The notes below the pieces were generated by a model, which saw only the letters and a list, made by a program, of their open reading frames with translations, did no database searches and was not told the DNA's origin. Positions 10,308 through 19,428 of a DNA stretch of 64,000 nucleotides are shown here, in pieces. How positions within the stretch are numbered: the first letter of the stretch is position 1; each line of letters starts with the position of its first letter. Position numbers and translations under genes: made by a program. This stretch comes from a virus. The stretch covers positions 32,001 to 96,000 of the IMG/VR virus record IMGVR_UViG_3300023049_000574; one strand, 5' to 3'.

Positions 10308-11068
10308 AAAAGATAAGAAAATCAGTATTTGAAACAAATAGTTCTAGTTCCCACGTGCTTCATATCGATGAAGAAACAGAACTAATGGACATATCACTTG
10401 TGCCTAGAGAAGATGGGGTGATAGAAATAACGCCTTCTGATGACTATGGTTGGGAATGGGAAAAGTATAATACGGCTAGAGAGAAAATTATGTATTGTAT
10501 CGTAGACCAAGGGGATAACAATAACTATATGGATATGCTCAAAGAAGTCATCAAAAATCAGACAGGAGCTAAAGAAGTTATTCTACATACTGACCATGAT
10601 TGTTATTTAGATCACGAAAGTGTGGGTACATCACAAAGAGCATTTAACTCCAAGAGCTTACTAAGAAATTTTATTTTCAATAGGAAGTCTGCTGTTTTCA
10701 CAGGTAATGATAATGGTGATCCTGAACCTGAGTTCTATTGTGATAAATACACAGCACCATATAAAATCAGATTGGTGAGTTTGGTAGAATTAAGAGATAA
10801 TCTAATAAATTCAGTTGTTGGTGAAGAAAAAGAAGTGGAGTCAGTAAATGAGTGGATGTATACTTTAAACAAGCCTGAAAACGATTATAATTGGTCAGAT
10901 GATTACATACCCTTTCTAAAAGATTTTGTAGGTACTAGTCCTTGGCTGCGTAATTATGATAGTGAAAATAAGACTATCGAAATCACTGCGGGTAATGACG
11001 GGAGTGTAATTAAATATAAAGTTCAGGTTGAATTAAACGAGGAAAAAAATGAATCTATTCCAATATAA
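10304..11068 (+). CDS. FETNSSS-motif protein, radical-SAM associated
   Basis: N-terminal IRKSVFETNSSSSH, later YLDHES and TGNDN. Confidence 0.7.
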   Translation: MKKIRKSVFETNSSSSHVLHIDEETELMDISLVPREDGVIEITPSDDYGWEWEKYNTAREKIMYCIVDQGDNNNYMDMLKEVIKNQTGAKEVILHTDHDCYLDHESVGTSQRAFNSKSLLRNFIFNRKSAVFTGNDNGDPEPEFYCDKYTAPYKIRLVSLVELRDNLINSVVGEEKEVESVNEWMYTLNKPENDYNWSDDYIPFLKDFVGTSPWLRNYDSENKTIEITAGNDGSVIKYKVQVELNEEKNESIPI

Positions 11069-11924
11069 AAACGGAAACACATTTGTAACGATTAAGGAAG
11101 ATGGTACAAAGATCAGGGAATATGACTCTGATCCTTGTCCATCTTTTCCTGAATCTATGGATATTAAGATAACAAACTATTGTTCTCTTTCTAATTATTG
11201 TAAATGGTGTCATGAGGCATCTGATACTAATGGTAAACACGCTGATCTAGATTTCGTGATCACTAAGTTAAATGAACTACCTAGTGGTGTTGAACTAGCT
11301 ATTGGTGGCGGTAATCCATTAGATCATCCTCAGTTAGAAGAATTTTTGACTAAGGTTAGAGATCTTGGTATTATTGCTAATATTACTGTTAACCAACTTC
11401 ACGTTAAGAAGCATTTTGGTCAGATCGTTGACCTAATTGAAAACGATTTGATTAAAGGTCTTGGTATTAGCTATAATGGCAATAATATAAAGGAAACTAA
11501 AGCTTTAGTTAAGATGACTAATAATGTAGTATTCCATGTTATCGCAGGTGTTAATACATTACAAGATCTTCAAGACATCTCTGAAATACATAATAAGGTA
11601 TTGGTACTAGGATATAAACAATTCAGAAAAGGAGAGAAATATTTTTCTGATGCTGTCCAAGATAATATTGATCAGTGGTATAGGAGGCTTCCATTATTTT
11701 TCAAGAAACTTATTATCAGCTTTGATAATCTAGCAATTACCCAATTAAACCTAAGAAGGTATTTCACTGATAAGAGTTGGGAAACCTTTTATATGGGCGA
11801 TGACGGAACATTCACATATTACATTGATGCCGTAAATAAAACATATGGGAGGAATTCTACTTCTAGTGAAACTTTTGATCTGACTACTAAATCTATAAAA
11901 GAAAGTTTCGGAGAGTTTACTTAA
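11049..11924 (+). CDS. Radical SAM protein
   Basis: PESMDIKITNYCSLSNYCKWCHE (CX5CX2C), AIGGGNPL, NITVNQ. Confidence 0.88.
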   Translation: MNLFQYKNGNTFVTIKEDGTKIREYDSDPCPSFPESMDIKITNYCSLSNYCKWCHEASDTNGKHADLDFVITKLNELPSGVELAIGGGNPLDHPQLEEFLTKVRDLGIIANITVNQLHVKKHFGQIVDLIENDLIKGLGISYNGNNIKETKALVKMTNNVVFHVIAGVNTLQDLQDISEIHNKVLVLGYKQFRKGEKYFSDAVQDNIDQWYRRLPLFFKKLIISFDNLAITQLNLRRYFTDKSWETFYMGDDGTFTYYIDAVNKTYGRNSTSSETFDLTTKSIKESFGEFT

Positions 11925-11934
11925 TATATACTGT

Positions 11935-12978
11935 ATGTATATGTTTGAAACGTTTAAGTCACAAAAAGACTTAGAGAAATTAGCCAATGAGATATTATTA
12001 AAAGTAGCAGAGAAAACCTTTGACTACCATAATAAGATTTATTGGAATCCGAAAGTAAATTTTGATGGTGAGTATTGGAAAGACCGTGACTTCAATCCTG
12101 AGGATATGCTTAATATTAAGTATAGAGCATATGGTGTACCCGAAGGTTGGGTAGATGGTGCTATATATCAAGTAGCCTACTGCAGTTCATCACAATTATA
12201 TTTTCACGGATATAATAAAATATTCAATCACGGAGATCTTAAATTAGAATGGGCAGAAGAAAATAAATACGTTTTCGCTAAATTAGAACCTGTTTATCTA
12301 AGTGAGACAAAGGTTGATTTGGATGAAATAAGTAATATGTTACTTGTTAAAGACGTTAAGATAAATTTTTCTGAAACTAAATCAAAAGATAATAAAGGAA
12401 CTTTTATAGACGGTGAGTTTCCTTCCATTTACTTATATTATAACCCTAATGTTTTTAAATCTCTAAGAGATAAAAAAAAGAGATCCGATAATTTCACATA
12501 CAAAGATATATACTTTGATATCTTCTATGATTTCTTTTCTTCCCTATTACATGAATTACAACATGCTTACGATAGTTATAGAAGCGGAGGGGAAGCTTTT
12601 GATAAACAGATTAAGGACGAAAAATATAGAGAAGAACTTAAAAAGAAACAAACCCTTTTACAGAGGCGTGAAGAATTGGTTGAGGATGAAATAAACTTTG
12701 TTAACAGTGTTTCTAAAAAATACCTTAATTTCCCACATGAAATAAACGCAAGATTCACACAAGCAGTTAAGGATACTAGTTTTTGGGAATTTGATGTTGA
12801 TGTTGAAAAAGAAGAAGAAATTTCCAAGATGATAGATTTCAGAAAAGTGTTCAAAGATTTCAAAAGAAAATTTGATGGGTGGAATATATTAAGCGAAGAA
12901 GATAAATATAAACTCAGAAGGAAACTATCTCAGTTTTGGTATTTAGAAAAAGATTGGATAAAAAAGAAAAATATATAA
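11935..12978 (+). CDS. Putative zincin metallopeptidase, CTS-like N-terminus
   Basis: LLHELQHAYD (HExxH) and downstream HEINA. Confidence 0.6.
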   Translation: MYMFETFKSQKDLEKLANEILLKVAEKTFDYHNKIYWNPKVNFDGEYWKDRDFNPEDMLNIKYRAYGVPEGWVDGAIYQVAYCSSSQLYFHGYNKIFNHGDLKLEWAEENKYVFAKLEPVYLSETKVDLDEISNMLLVKDVKINFSETKSKDNKGTFIDGEFPSIYLYYNPNVFKSLRDKKKRSDNFTYKDIYFDIFYDFFSSLLHELQHAYDSYRSGGEAFDKQIKDEKYREELKKKQTLLQRREELVEDEINFVNSVSKKYLNFPHEINARFTQAVKDTSFWEFDVDVEKEEEISKMIDFRKVFKDFKRKFDGWNILSEEDKYKLRRKLSQFWYLEKDWIKKKNI

Positions 12979-12984
12979 ATCATA

Positions 12985-13359
12985 ATGGAATATATTAAAG
13001 AATATAATAGTAGAGTAACAATAGAATGTGCTAATAAATATAGTGGTCATGGTGAACTAGCACAGGGGTATGATTTTGATAAAATGTATAAACAAGCCAT
13101 CCGTGATAAAAAAAGAACGATCCAAGAAGAATTAAATAATGATGTAGTAGATTATACTACTTATATCGGGGTTAATTCTAACGATAAATTTGCTATTGTT
13201 TATATGACAAGGGAGTATTTCGATTACATAAAGACACTTCCTTCCGATAAATACACTGACCAATTTGTAAACGCTGCTAAAGATTTCATGGAATCGGGTG
13301 GCGAACCTAAGGTTTATTCTTATAGCGACCAAACTGAAATGAGATTATTTGAAGATTAA
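12985..13359 (+). CDS. Hypothetical protein with CTS-like N-terminus (MEYIKEYN)
   Basis: N-terminal motif, AATATATA 7 nt upstream. Confidence 0.65.
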   Translation: MEYIKEYNSRVTIECANKYSGHGELAQGYDFDKMYKQAIRDKKRTIQEELNNDVVDYTTYIGVNSNDKFAIVYMTREYFDYIKTLPSDKYTDQFVNAAKDFMESGGEPKVYSYSDQTEMRLFED

Positions 13360-13370
13360 ACATAATAATT

Positions 13371-14036
13371 TTAATTTAGGTATTGGTCATTTATCTTAGA
13401 TCCCATTTTCATTTTGATTTTTTGAATCATATTATCATATATTAACTTAAGTTCTTTCGTGCCGCCTTCTTTCTGATCATTAACAATATCTTCTACACTG
13501 ACATTTATATCAATATTTAAATCCGCTAATACTTCTTCCGTAAACATATCTAACATATACCTATAATCTTCTCTATAACTGTAAATTTCTTTCACGAATA
13601 ATCCATAAGTAGGTAAAGTTATTGATTTAACATATTTTTTGAAACCAATATGGTTTACTCCCTTTCTTAAGAGAATAGCTTCTTCGCTTTCATCATCTAC
13701 GTGTTTTTCTTTATCTAAACTTGAAAACCAATTAACAGGGAGTACTTTAAAATTATCTGTTAACTTATCAACATCAAGTTCAACCATACTGCTTAGGGAA
13801 TTTAAAATCCCATGATTCTTTTTATATAAATATTTGTTTCTAGTAGTAGATATATACAAAGGATACTTTTCTTCTAAATCCATCATCCTTTGTTCGTTTC
13901 CTATGTTATCTACATATAGGTCATCTAGTGGTTTACCCGTTTCTATCTTATCGGATTCGATGATCATATAAAGAGCCGTTAATGATGTAAAATGATATAA
14001 CGAGCCGTAATTTTTTCTTTCTAATAAAAATTTCAT
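13371..14036 (-). CDS. Putative ADP-ribosyltransferase-fold protein
   Basis: LYHFT ... YISTTRN ... DESEE pattern; similar to N-half of 29856..31427. Confidence 0.5.
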   Translation of the reverse strand: MKFLLERKNYGSLYHFTSLTALYMIIESDKIETGKPLDDLYVDNIGNEQRMMDLEEKYPLYISTTRNKYLYKKNHGILNSLSSMVELDVDKLTDNFKVLPVNWFSSLDKEKHVDDESEEAILLRKGVNHIGFKKYVKSITLPTYGLFVKEIYSYREDYRYMLDMFTEEVLADLNIDINVSVEDIVNDQKEGGTKELKLIYDNMIQKIKMKMGSKINDQYLN

Positions 14037-14116
14037 AACCTATATATTAAATCTGCGTATAAACAATAATATATATAACACTATAACGGAATAGTTATAA
14101 CCAATAAAATGTTGAT

Positions 14117-15973
14117 ATGTGGGAAGGTGTAATAATATTAGCTGCGATAGCTTTCATTTTCGATGGTATAAAGGTACTTATAGAATCATATAATGAACCT
14201 ATTAAATATGAAGGTAAGAGAAATAAAAAAGAAACAACAGCAGTAGTTTCAGTATATAATAGCCTAGATATATTAGAATCAATAGATTCAATAAAAAGAG
14301 AATTCGGTTCTATTATTATTATAAATGATGGTAGTAATGATGGAACAGAGGATATCTTATTTAATATGGGTAAAACTATAGACAAAGAAGAAACACCATT
14401 TGGTTGGTTATATACTAAGAAATACAAGCGAATGAATATTAAACTTTTATTCAATAAAGAGAATAAAGGTAAAGTCAATTCTATACATAGCGGATTAGAA
14501 TATGTAGACACTAAATATGTATTTATATGTGATGATGATATAAAGTTATCGGAAGACTTCGAACTACCTGTTTCATTATTAGAATCTGATCAAGCAGATG
14601 CGGTTTCATTCTTTGTTTTACCTGAACCTAATAATAGCAAGCTGTGGTACAACCTACAACTTCATGAATATATCAAGTCTATGCAAATAGGTAGACGATA
14701 TGCAGCTAACTCTAAAACAGTTGAATGTGTATCAGGTTGTTCGGGTTTATTTAAAACAGAAAGGATACAAAAATTCTCAAAGGAACATAGTTCGAAATGG
14801 GAAGGAGAAGACTTAGAAAGAACATTAATAGAACTAACACATGGCGGTAGAATAGTTTATTCTGAACAATTAATATTTACTGATGTGCCGAAAACTTTTA
14901 TATCATTAGCTAAACAACGTATATTCTCGTGGTGGGGTGGGTTATATAGAAACTTTGGGTTGTTCTTAAAAATATTAAGATCAAAGAAACAACCATTAAG
15001 ACTTCGTTTAGAAGTGTTATACAACATCATTAGTTTAATATTAGATCCGATTAAATTATTTTCTTTGTTATATATGCTATATACACTTAATTGGGTATCA
15101 ATAACTACAGTGTATATAATATACGCATACTTTGAATCGTTTATGTGGGAAACCTATTCAACCGAAACTAAATATAAGCCACATTCGACATACACATTAA
15201 TATATCCGTTTTATGGTTTTTTCCAATTAATATTCAGAGCATTAGCAGGTTTGTATATGTTAAAGAACTATATGGATAAAAAACTTTTAACTACTTTAAT
15301 AACAATATTCATATCTTCTGTTCCTTTATTGGCTCAACAAGATAGTGTTGAAGTTAAACAAGATAGTGTTGAAGCTAAACCTGATTGGACTATATCATAT
15401 AATCATGCTCAGTACGGATTTGATAATGAAATAGGATCTCCTAATAATAATCTTTATGTGGGTTGGAGAAATTATTATGCATCTGTTAACAACGGGTTGT
15501 TTGATCAAGTAATGATTGGAACATATTATAAAAGGTTTCAGTTTGATATTAGTGTGGGTAGGGAAGTGATTATACCAACTTTAAGATATGAACAATGGTT
15601 TGGTGATAATACCCTTATGGCGATGGCTCGGTATAACCAAGGATATAATGGTATAAACACAAACTTATATCCAAATACTTCATTAACAAGTGTTGGTTAT
15701 GGTATGTATAGGGGGAATAATTTCTATTCATTAGAAATTATGCAAGAATTCGAAAGGGAATATGCTACTACATTAATTGCAACAGTGAAACAAGAAATAT
15801 TGAATGATTTCAGATCGAAAAGTAAAATATTTGTGAACAATAAAAAAGATTATGTACTCTCACAAGCATTTGAATATAAGATATTTGGATTAGGTTATAT
15901 ATACCACACAGATTTTGACTTCACGGGTAGAGAATTGAGTTGGATTAACGGATATGTTACTGTTAAATTCTAG
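14117..15973 (+). CDS. Processive GT2 glycosyltransferase fused to internal signal peptide and outer-membrane beta-barrel-like domain
   Basis: NDGSND, NKGK, DDD, SGCSGLFK, GED, QRIFSW, TM helices; then MDKKLLTTLITIFISSVPLLAQQ and an aromatic/Gly-rich domain ending YVTVKF. Confidence 0.8.
   Translation: MWEGVIILAAIAFIFDGIKVLIESYNEPIKYEGKRNKKETTAVVSVYNSLDILESIDSIKREFGSIIIINDGSNDGTEDILFNMGKTIDKEETPFGWLYTKKYKRMNIKLLFNKENKGKVNSIHSGLEYVDTKYVFICDDDIKLSEDFELPVSLLESDQADAVSFFVLPEPNNSKLWYNLQLHEYIKSMQIGRRYAANSKTVECVSGCSGLFKTERIQKFSKEHSSKWEGEDLERTLIELTHGGRIVYSEQLIFTDVPKTFISLAKQRIFSWWGGLYRNFGLFLKILRSKKQPLRLRLEVLYNIISLILDPIKLFSLLYMLYTLNWVSITTVYIIYAYFESFMWETYSTETKYKPHSTYTLIYPFYGFFQLIFRALAGLYMLKNYMDKKLLTTLITIFISSVPLLAQQDSVEVKQDSVEAKPDWTISYNHAQYGFDNEIGSPNNNLYVGWRNYYASVNNGLFDQVMIGTYYKRFQFDISVGREVIIPTLRYEQWFGDNTLMAMARYNQGYNGINTNLYPNTSLTSVGYGMYRGNNFYSLEIMQEFEREYATTLIATVKQEILNDFRSKSKIFVNNKKDYVLSQAFEYKIFGLGYIYHTDFDFTGRELSWINGYVTVKF
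15338..15379 (+). repeat. 21-bp tandem duplication (QDSVEVK/QDSVEAK)
   Basis: caagatagtgttgaagttaaa caagatagtgttgaagctaaa. Confidence 0.85.
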
Positions 15974-16451
15974 AACAGTTTGTTATTATTAATTCATCTC
16001 TTAGAAAAAAGGTATCACCACTATATTTGATTATATTGAAATCCTTATATAATTCTCTGATAAATTTACAGTCTTGATAAGATAAGAAAAACTCACCCTT
16101 TATGCCCTTTAAAACATTTCTTAGTTCTGTGTGGAATACACCATCACCCTTTATTAAATCGTATAGATGTTCTTTGTTATAGTACGGTGGGTCTAAATAA
16201 AACACAGTTTGTTCTGAATCAAATTCAGCCATCACTTTTTTGTAGTCTTGGTGCGATTTGATATCTGCTTCTATATCAAAATCATATTGGTGTATATCAT
16301 TATACACAAGAGTGTCAGGTCTATTCTCTAAATAAGTAGACATATTAAATGTGCCACCAAATGGCTCAACATATGTTTTGATATTTTTTGGTAAATATTC
16401 TTTTAGGAAATCAGTGTAATGTGGTTTTCTTTTTTCGCCTACTAGTTTCAT
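15963..16451 (-). CDS. Minimal Dam/D12-class DNA adenine methyltransferase
   Basis: YVEPFGG, VYND, FYLDPPYY, ELIITN; only 162 aa. Confidence 0.8.
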   Translation of the reverse strand: MKLVGEKRKPHYTDFLKEYLPKNIKTYVEPFGGTFNMSTYLENRPDTLVYNDIHQYDFDIEADIKSHQDYKKVMAEFDSEQTVFYLDPPYYNKEHLYDLIKGDGVFHTELRNVLKGIKGEFFLSYQDCKFIRELYKDFNIIKYSGDTFFLRDELIITNCSRI

Positions 16452-17218
16452 TTGATAACTCGGTTTAAGTCCTTAATCATATTCTTTAGTTTGTTAGAAC
16501 CTAAATGTCTATCAAGTTCAGCAAAAAATTTACTATCCTTATATAATCTAAGAATTATATTTTGGATAATTTCTATATTGTTATTATCGATCTTTATACG
16601 AAATTGGTTCAATAAACACTTAACTTCTTCTATATCTCTTATAGCAGTTGTATAATCTAATCTACCTTCTGTTACATCGGGATAACAATGTACTAAATTT
16701 TTTAAATACATAGTACCACTTAATAGCCCTACGTCTTCAATCGTTGTTGGGAAATTTGATAACACTTCCATGGGATAATAATCACTGAAAAAGGAATATT
16801 CTAATGCGTATGGTATTTCAACAACAGTGCCGATAAGTTTAGAATCTTCTATGTAGTCTTCATGATCGGTATCTATTTTACCATTGCCTTCTTCGTCTGT
16901 ATAGAAATAACTATCTTCTACTTCTTCTTTCGTAAGTAATTTACCTAACTCTAATCTATACTCCGTACCAACTTCATTTGGTAAAATGATACCGTTTTTT
17001 TTAGTATAATCTCCTTGATTAACACTAAGTACACCTAGATTATTATCAGCAAGGACTGATCTAATGTCTTTAACCATTGGCATATTAGTTATCTTATCTA
17101 ACTTTTTTTGAATTTCTTTTCTTTTAGTGGGGCTAATAGTTTTACCTGACCAACCATCTAGACTGCTCTTGTTAACAACTTTCATATTTTCGTTAAATGT
17201 ATCGATGTGTTTTCTCAT
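16448..17218 (-). CDS. Hypothetical protein with CTS-like N-terminus (MRKHIDTFNEN)
   Basis: N-terminal motif; TAATATATA-N4-ATG. Confidence 0.7.
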   Translation of the reverse strand: MRKHIDTFNENMKVVNKSSLDGWSGKTISPTKRKEIQKKLDKITNMPMVKDIRSVLADNNLGVLSVNQGDYTKKNGIILPNEVGTEYRLELGKLLTKEEVEDSYFYTDEEGNGKIDTDHEDYIEDSKLIGTVVEIPYALEYSFFSDYYPMEVLSNFPTTIEDVGLLSGTMYLKNLVHCYPDVTEGRLDYTTAIRDIEEVKCLLNQFRIKIDNNNIEIIQNIILRLYKDSKFFAELDRHLGSNKLKNMIKDLNRVIK

Positions 17219-17228
17219 GTATTATATA

Positions 17229-17522
17229 TTAATCTCCAATTATAGAACTAATTTTATACTCCCTTAGTGCTATTTTTAGTTCTCTGTTTACTTTCTCTGT
17301 TATATCATTGGGTGCGTGTAATTGGAAGTATGTAACATCACCTGTTGCAAAATTGAAGTAAACCCTACTGTCTATATATTTCTGAGAAGAAAAAATCTGA
17401 ACATCGTAAATGAATTTTAGATAGTTGATCCTTTCATCTGTAGCCCCACCATGGCTATATTCATCTTCTAGACGAAAACCATTCTTTATTAATATACCAT
17501 AATATACTTCATATTCTTCCAT
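17229..17522 (-). CDS. Hypothetical protein with C-terminal tag (LREYKISSII)
   Basis: Likely start at ATG 17522 (MEEYEVYY). Confidence 0.65.
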   Translation of the reverse strand: MEEYEVYYGILIKNGFRLEDEYSHGGATDERINYLKFIYDVQIFSSQKYIDSRVYFNFATGDVTYFQLHAPNDITEKVNRELKIALREYKISSIIGD

Positions 17523-17721
17523 AATTAATCTTACCGATATTATCTTCGTCTTCAAAGGTAGGAGTAACACTAATTATTTCAGCTACCCCATCTCCCATAC
17601 TACCCATAGGAACAGCTTCTTCGACTTGCCATTCTTCCCAATCACTTGGGCATCTAGCAGTAGTCTACCTATAATTACCCTCACAAGAAGTATATTCTAT
17701 CTTCCAATATTCGTATTCCAT
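17509..17721 (-). pseudogene. Small ORF interrupted by in-frame TAG (codon 19)
   Basis: MEYEYWKIEYTSCEGNYR*TTARCPSDWEEWQVEEAVPMGSMGDGVAEIISVTPTFEDEDNIGKINYGRI; TAG at 17665-17667; host-type promoter 4 nt upstream. Confidence 0.6.
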
Positions 17722-17734
17722 TAAGCAAATATAG

Positions 17735-17956
17735 CTAAAATATGCGCATGAATCCCTTATTTACGCCTAAAAAATCACCTATTTGATAATCATAACCATA
17801 TTCCTTGATACAACTAATAACTAGATCTTTCATATCTTCTGAGTTACCTGTTATAATTATAAGCTCGTTTCTATCATAATACTTACATATAAACTGATCA
17901 ATCTTACTACTTACCTCACTATGTCTTGTATTATGTAAATCTAATTCAGGTATCAT
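17735..17956 (-). CDS. Smr/MutS2 C-terminal domain small protein
   Basis: LDLHNTRH, IITGNS, N.G. Confidence 0.7.
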   Translation of the reverse strand: MIPELDLHNTRHSEVSSKIDQFICKYYDRNELIIITGNSEDMKDLVISCIKEYGYDYQIGDFLGVNKGFMRIF

Positions 17957-18004
17957 TAAACAAATTACTTATTTTTTGATATATAGTAAAAAGTATAATT
18001 CATT

Positions 18005-19123
18005 ATGGGTAAAGTCTATTTATCGACTGATTGGCACTTCGGTGTATATAAAGTAAACTTAAATAAATGGTTGAATATCCAACTAGATTATTTTTATAAA
18101 GAATTTATACCACACCTTAAAAAAACATCAGAGAAAGGAGATATTCTAATTATGTTAGGTGATCTATTTGATGATAGAACAAGTGTGCCGATTATTGTTC
18201 AAAATAAAGTAGAGCAATTATTAATAGATATAGCTGATATCTTACCGATTCACTTAATCGTTGGAAACCATGATTGTTGGAACAAAGGTAATAATGAGAT
18301 TAATAGCCCTAGACTATTCAGACATTTAGATAATGTACATATCTATGATAGTACACATGTTCTAGAAATGGGCGGTAAGAAATTAGTACTAATGCCTTGG
18401 GTTGAACATAGAGATGATATGATCCAAGCTATTAAAGATAACCAAGGAGATTATTTATTTTGCCATAGTGATTTAAATGGGTGTAGAATGCACTTATCAA
18501 GTGTCGCACATAGAAACAGTAGTAAGATAGAAGTTGATGAATTTAGTGGGTATATAAGGGTGTTCAGTGGTCATATCCATATACGTCAAATACATAAAAA
18601 CTTTGAATTCATTGGCGCACCATATCAGATGGATCGTAATGACTATCATGATAATAAGGGTATGACTATATTAGATCTCGGAACAGGTGAAACTGAATTC
18701 ATAGAAAACACAATTAGCCCAACATTTAAGAAACATAAGATTGAGAAAGACGGTGATATTCTTTTATTAGCTCATATTGATACCAAAAAACATTTTGTTG
18801 ATTTAGAAATAAATAACTCTGTATTAGTTGGTAAGAGAAAGAATAGAAAGTTATTAGAGGAACACTTGAGTAATAAACAATTTTCTTCTGTTCAGTATAT
18901 CAATGATTTGGTTAAGGAAAGAAAGAAGAATGATGAGGTTGAGATAGAAGATGTAGATATTGCGGATCTTCAATTTGACGACTTCGATAAAACTATTATT
19001 AAGTATGTTGAACATCAATCCTATGAAACAAAGGATATTAAAGAAGGTGTTGGATCGGAGCTAGAGAAAGTTCTAAATATATATAATAAAGAACATAAAT
19101 TTAAAAGTGATGAACAACAATAA
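18005..19123 (+). CDS. Recombination endonuclease subunit (T4 gp47 / SbcD / Mre11-like)
   Basis: TDWHFG, GDLFD, GNHD, FCH, SGHIH, IGAPYQ. Confidence 0.9.
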   Translation: MGKVYLSTDWHFGVYKVNLNKWLNIQLDYFYKEFIPHLKKTSEKGDILIMLGDLFDDRTSVPIIVQNKVEQLLIDIADILPIHLIVGNHDCWNKGNNEINSPRLFRHLDNVHIYDSTHVLEMGGKKLVLMPWVEHRDDMIQAIKDNQGDYLFCHSDLNGCRMHLSSVAHRNSSKIEVDEFSGYIRVFSGHIHIRQIHKNFEFIGAPYQMDRNDYHDNKGMTILDLGTGETEFIENTISPTFKKHKIEKDGDILLLAHIDTKKHFVDLEINNSVLVGKRKNRKLLEEHLSNKQFSSVQYINDLVKERKKNDEVEIEDVDIADLQFDDFDKTIIKYVEHQSYETKDIKEGVGSELEKVLNIYNKEHKFKSDEQQ

Positions 19124-19286
19124 AGAAAAGATAAACGCAGAAGACCTATTATCGAAAACACTAGCAGGGGAGCTTAGTAAAGAAATAGATAAAATGATAA
19201 TCGAGGATTTGAAAGAAATGGCAACACAAATGAAAATCGAAGACAGGGATAAGTTTATCGATAGTATATTAAAGGGAAAGAAATAA
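19110..19286 (+). CDS. 58-aa protein with C-terminal tag (DRDKFIDSIL); not in ORF track
   Basis: Translated by hand: MNNNKEKINAEDLLSKTLAGELSKEIDKMIIEDLKEMATQMKIEDRDKFIDSILKGKK. Confidence 0.7.
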   Translation: MNNNKEKINAEDLLSKTLAGELSKEIDKMIIEDLKEMATQMKIEDRDKFIDSILKGKK

Positions 19287-19287
19287 A

Positions 19288-19428
19288 ATGAGGAATAGGA
19301 AAAAGAAATTAATAATGGGTGGATACACACCTAAGGCTGCTATATTAGCCAAGAAGGTGAAAGAACGTAGGTTAAAAATAGCCAAACGAAATAAAATAAT
19401 AGATCGGATATTAAATGATAAAAAATGA
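19288..19428 (+). CDS. 46-aa basic protein with C-terminal tag (KRNKIIDRIL); not in ORF track
   Basis: Translated by hand: MRNRKKKLIMGGYTPKAAILAKKVKERRLKIAKRNKIIDRILNDKK. Confidence 0.65.
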   Translation: MRNRKKKLIMGGYTPKAAILAKKVKERRLKIAKRNKIIDRILNDKK

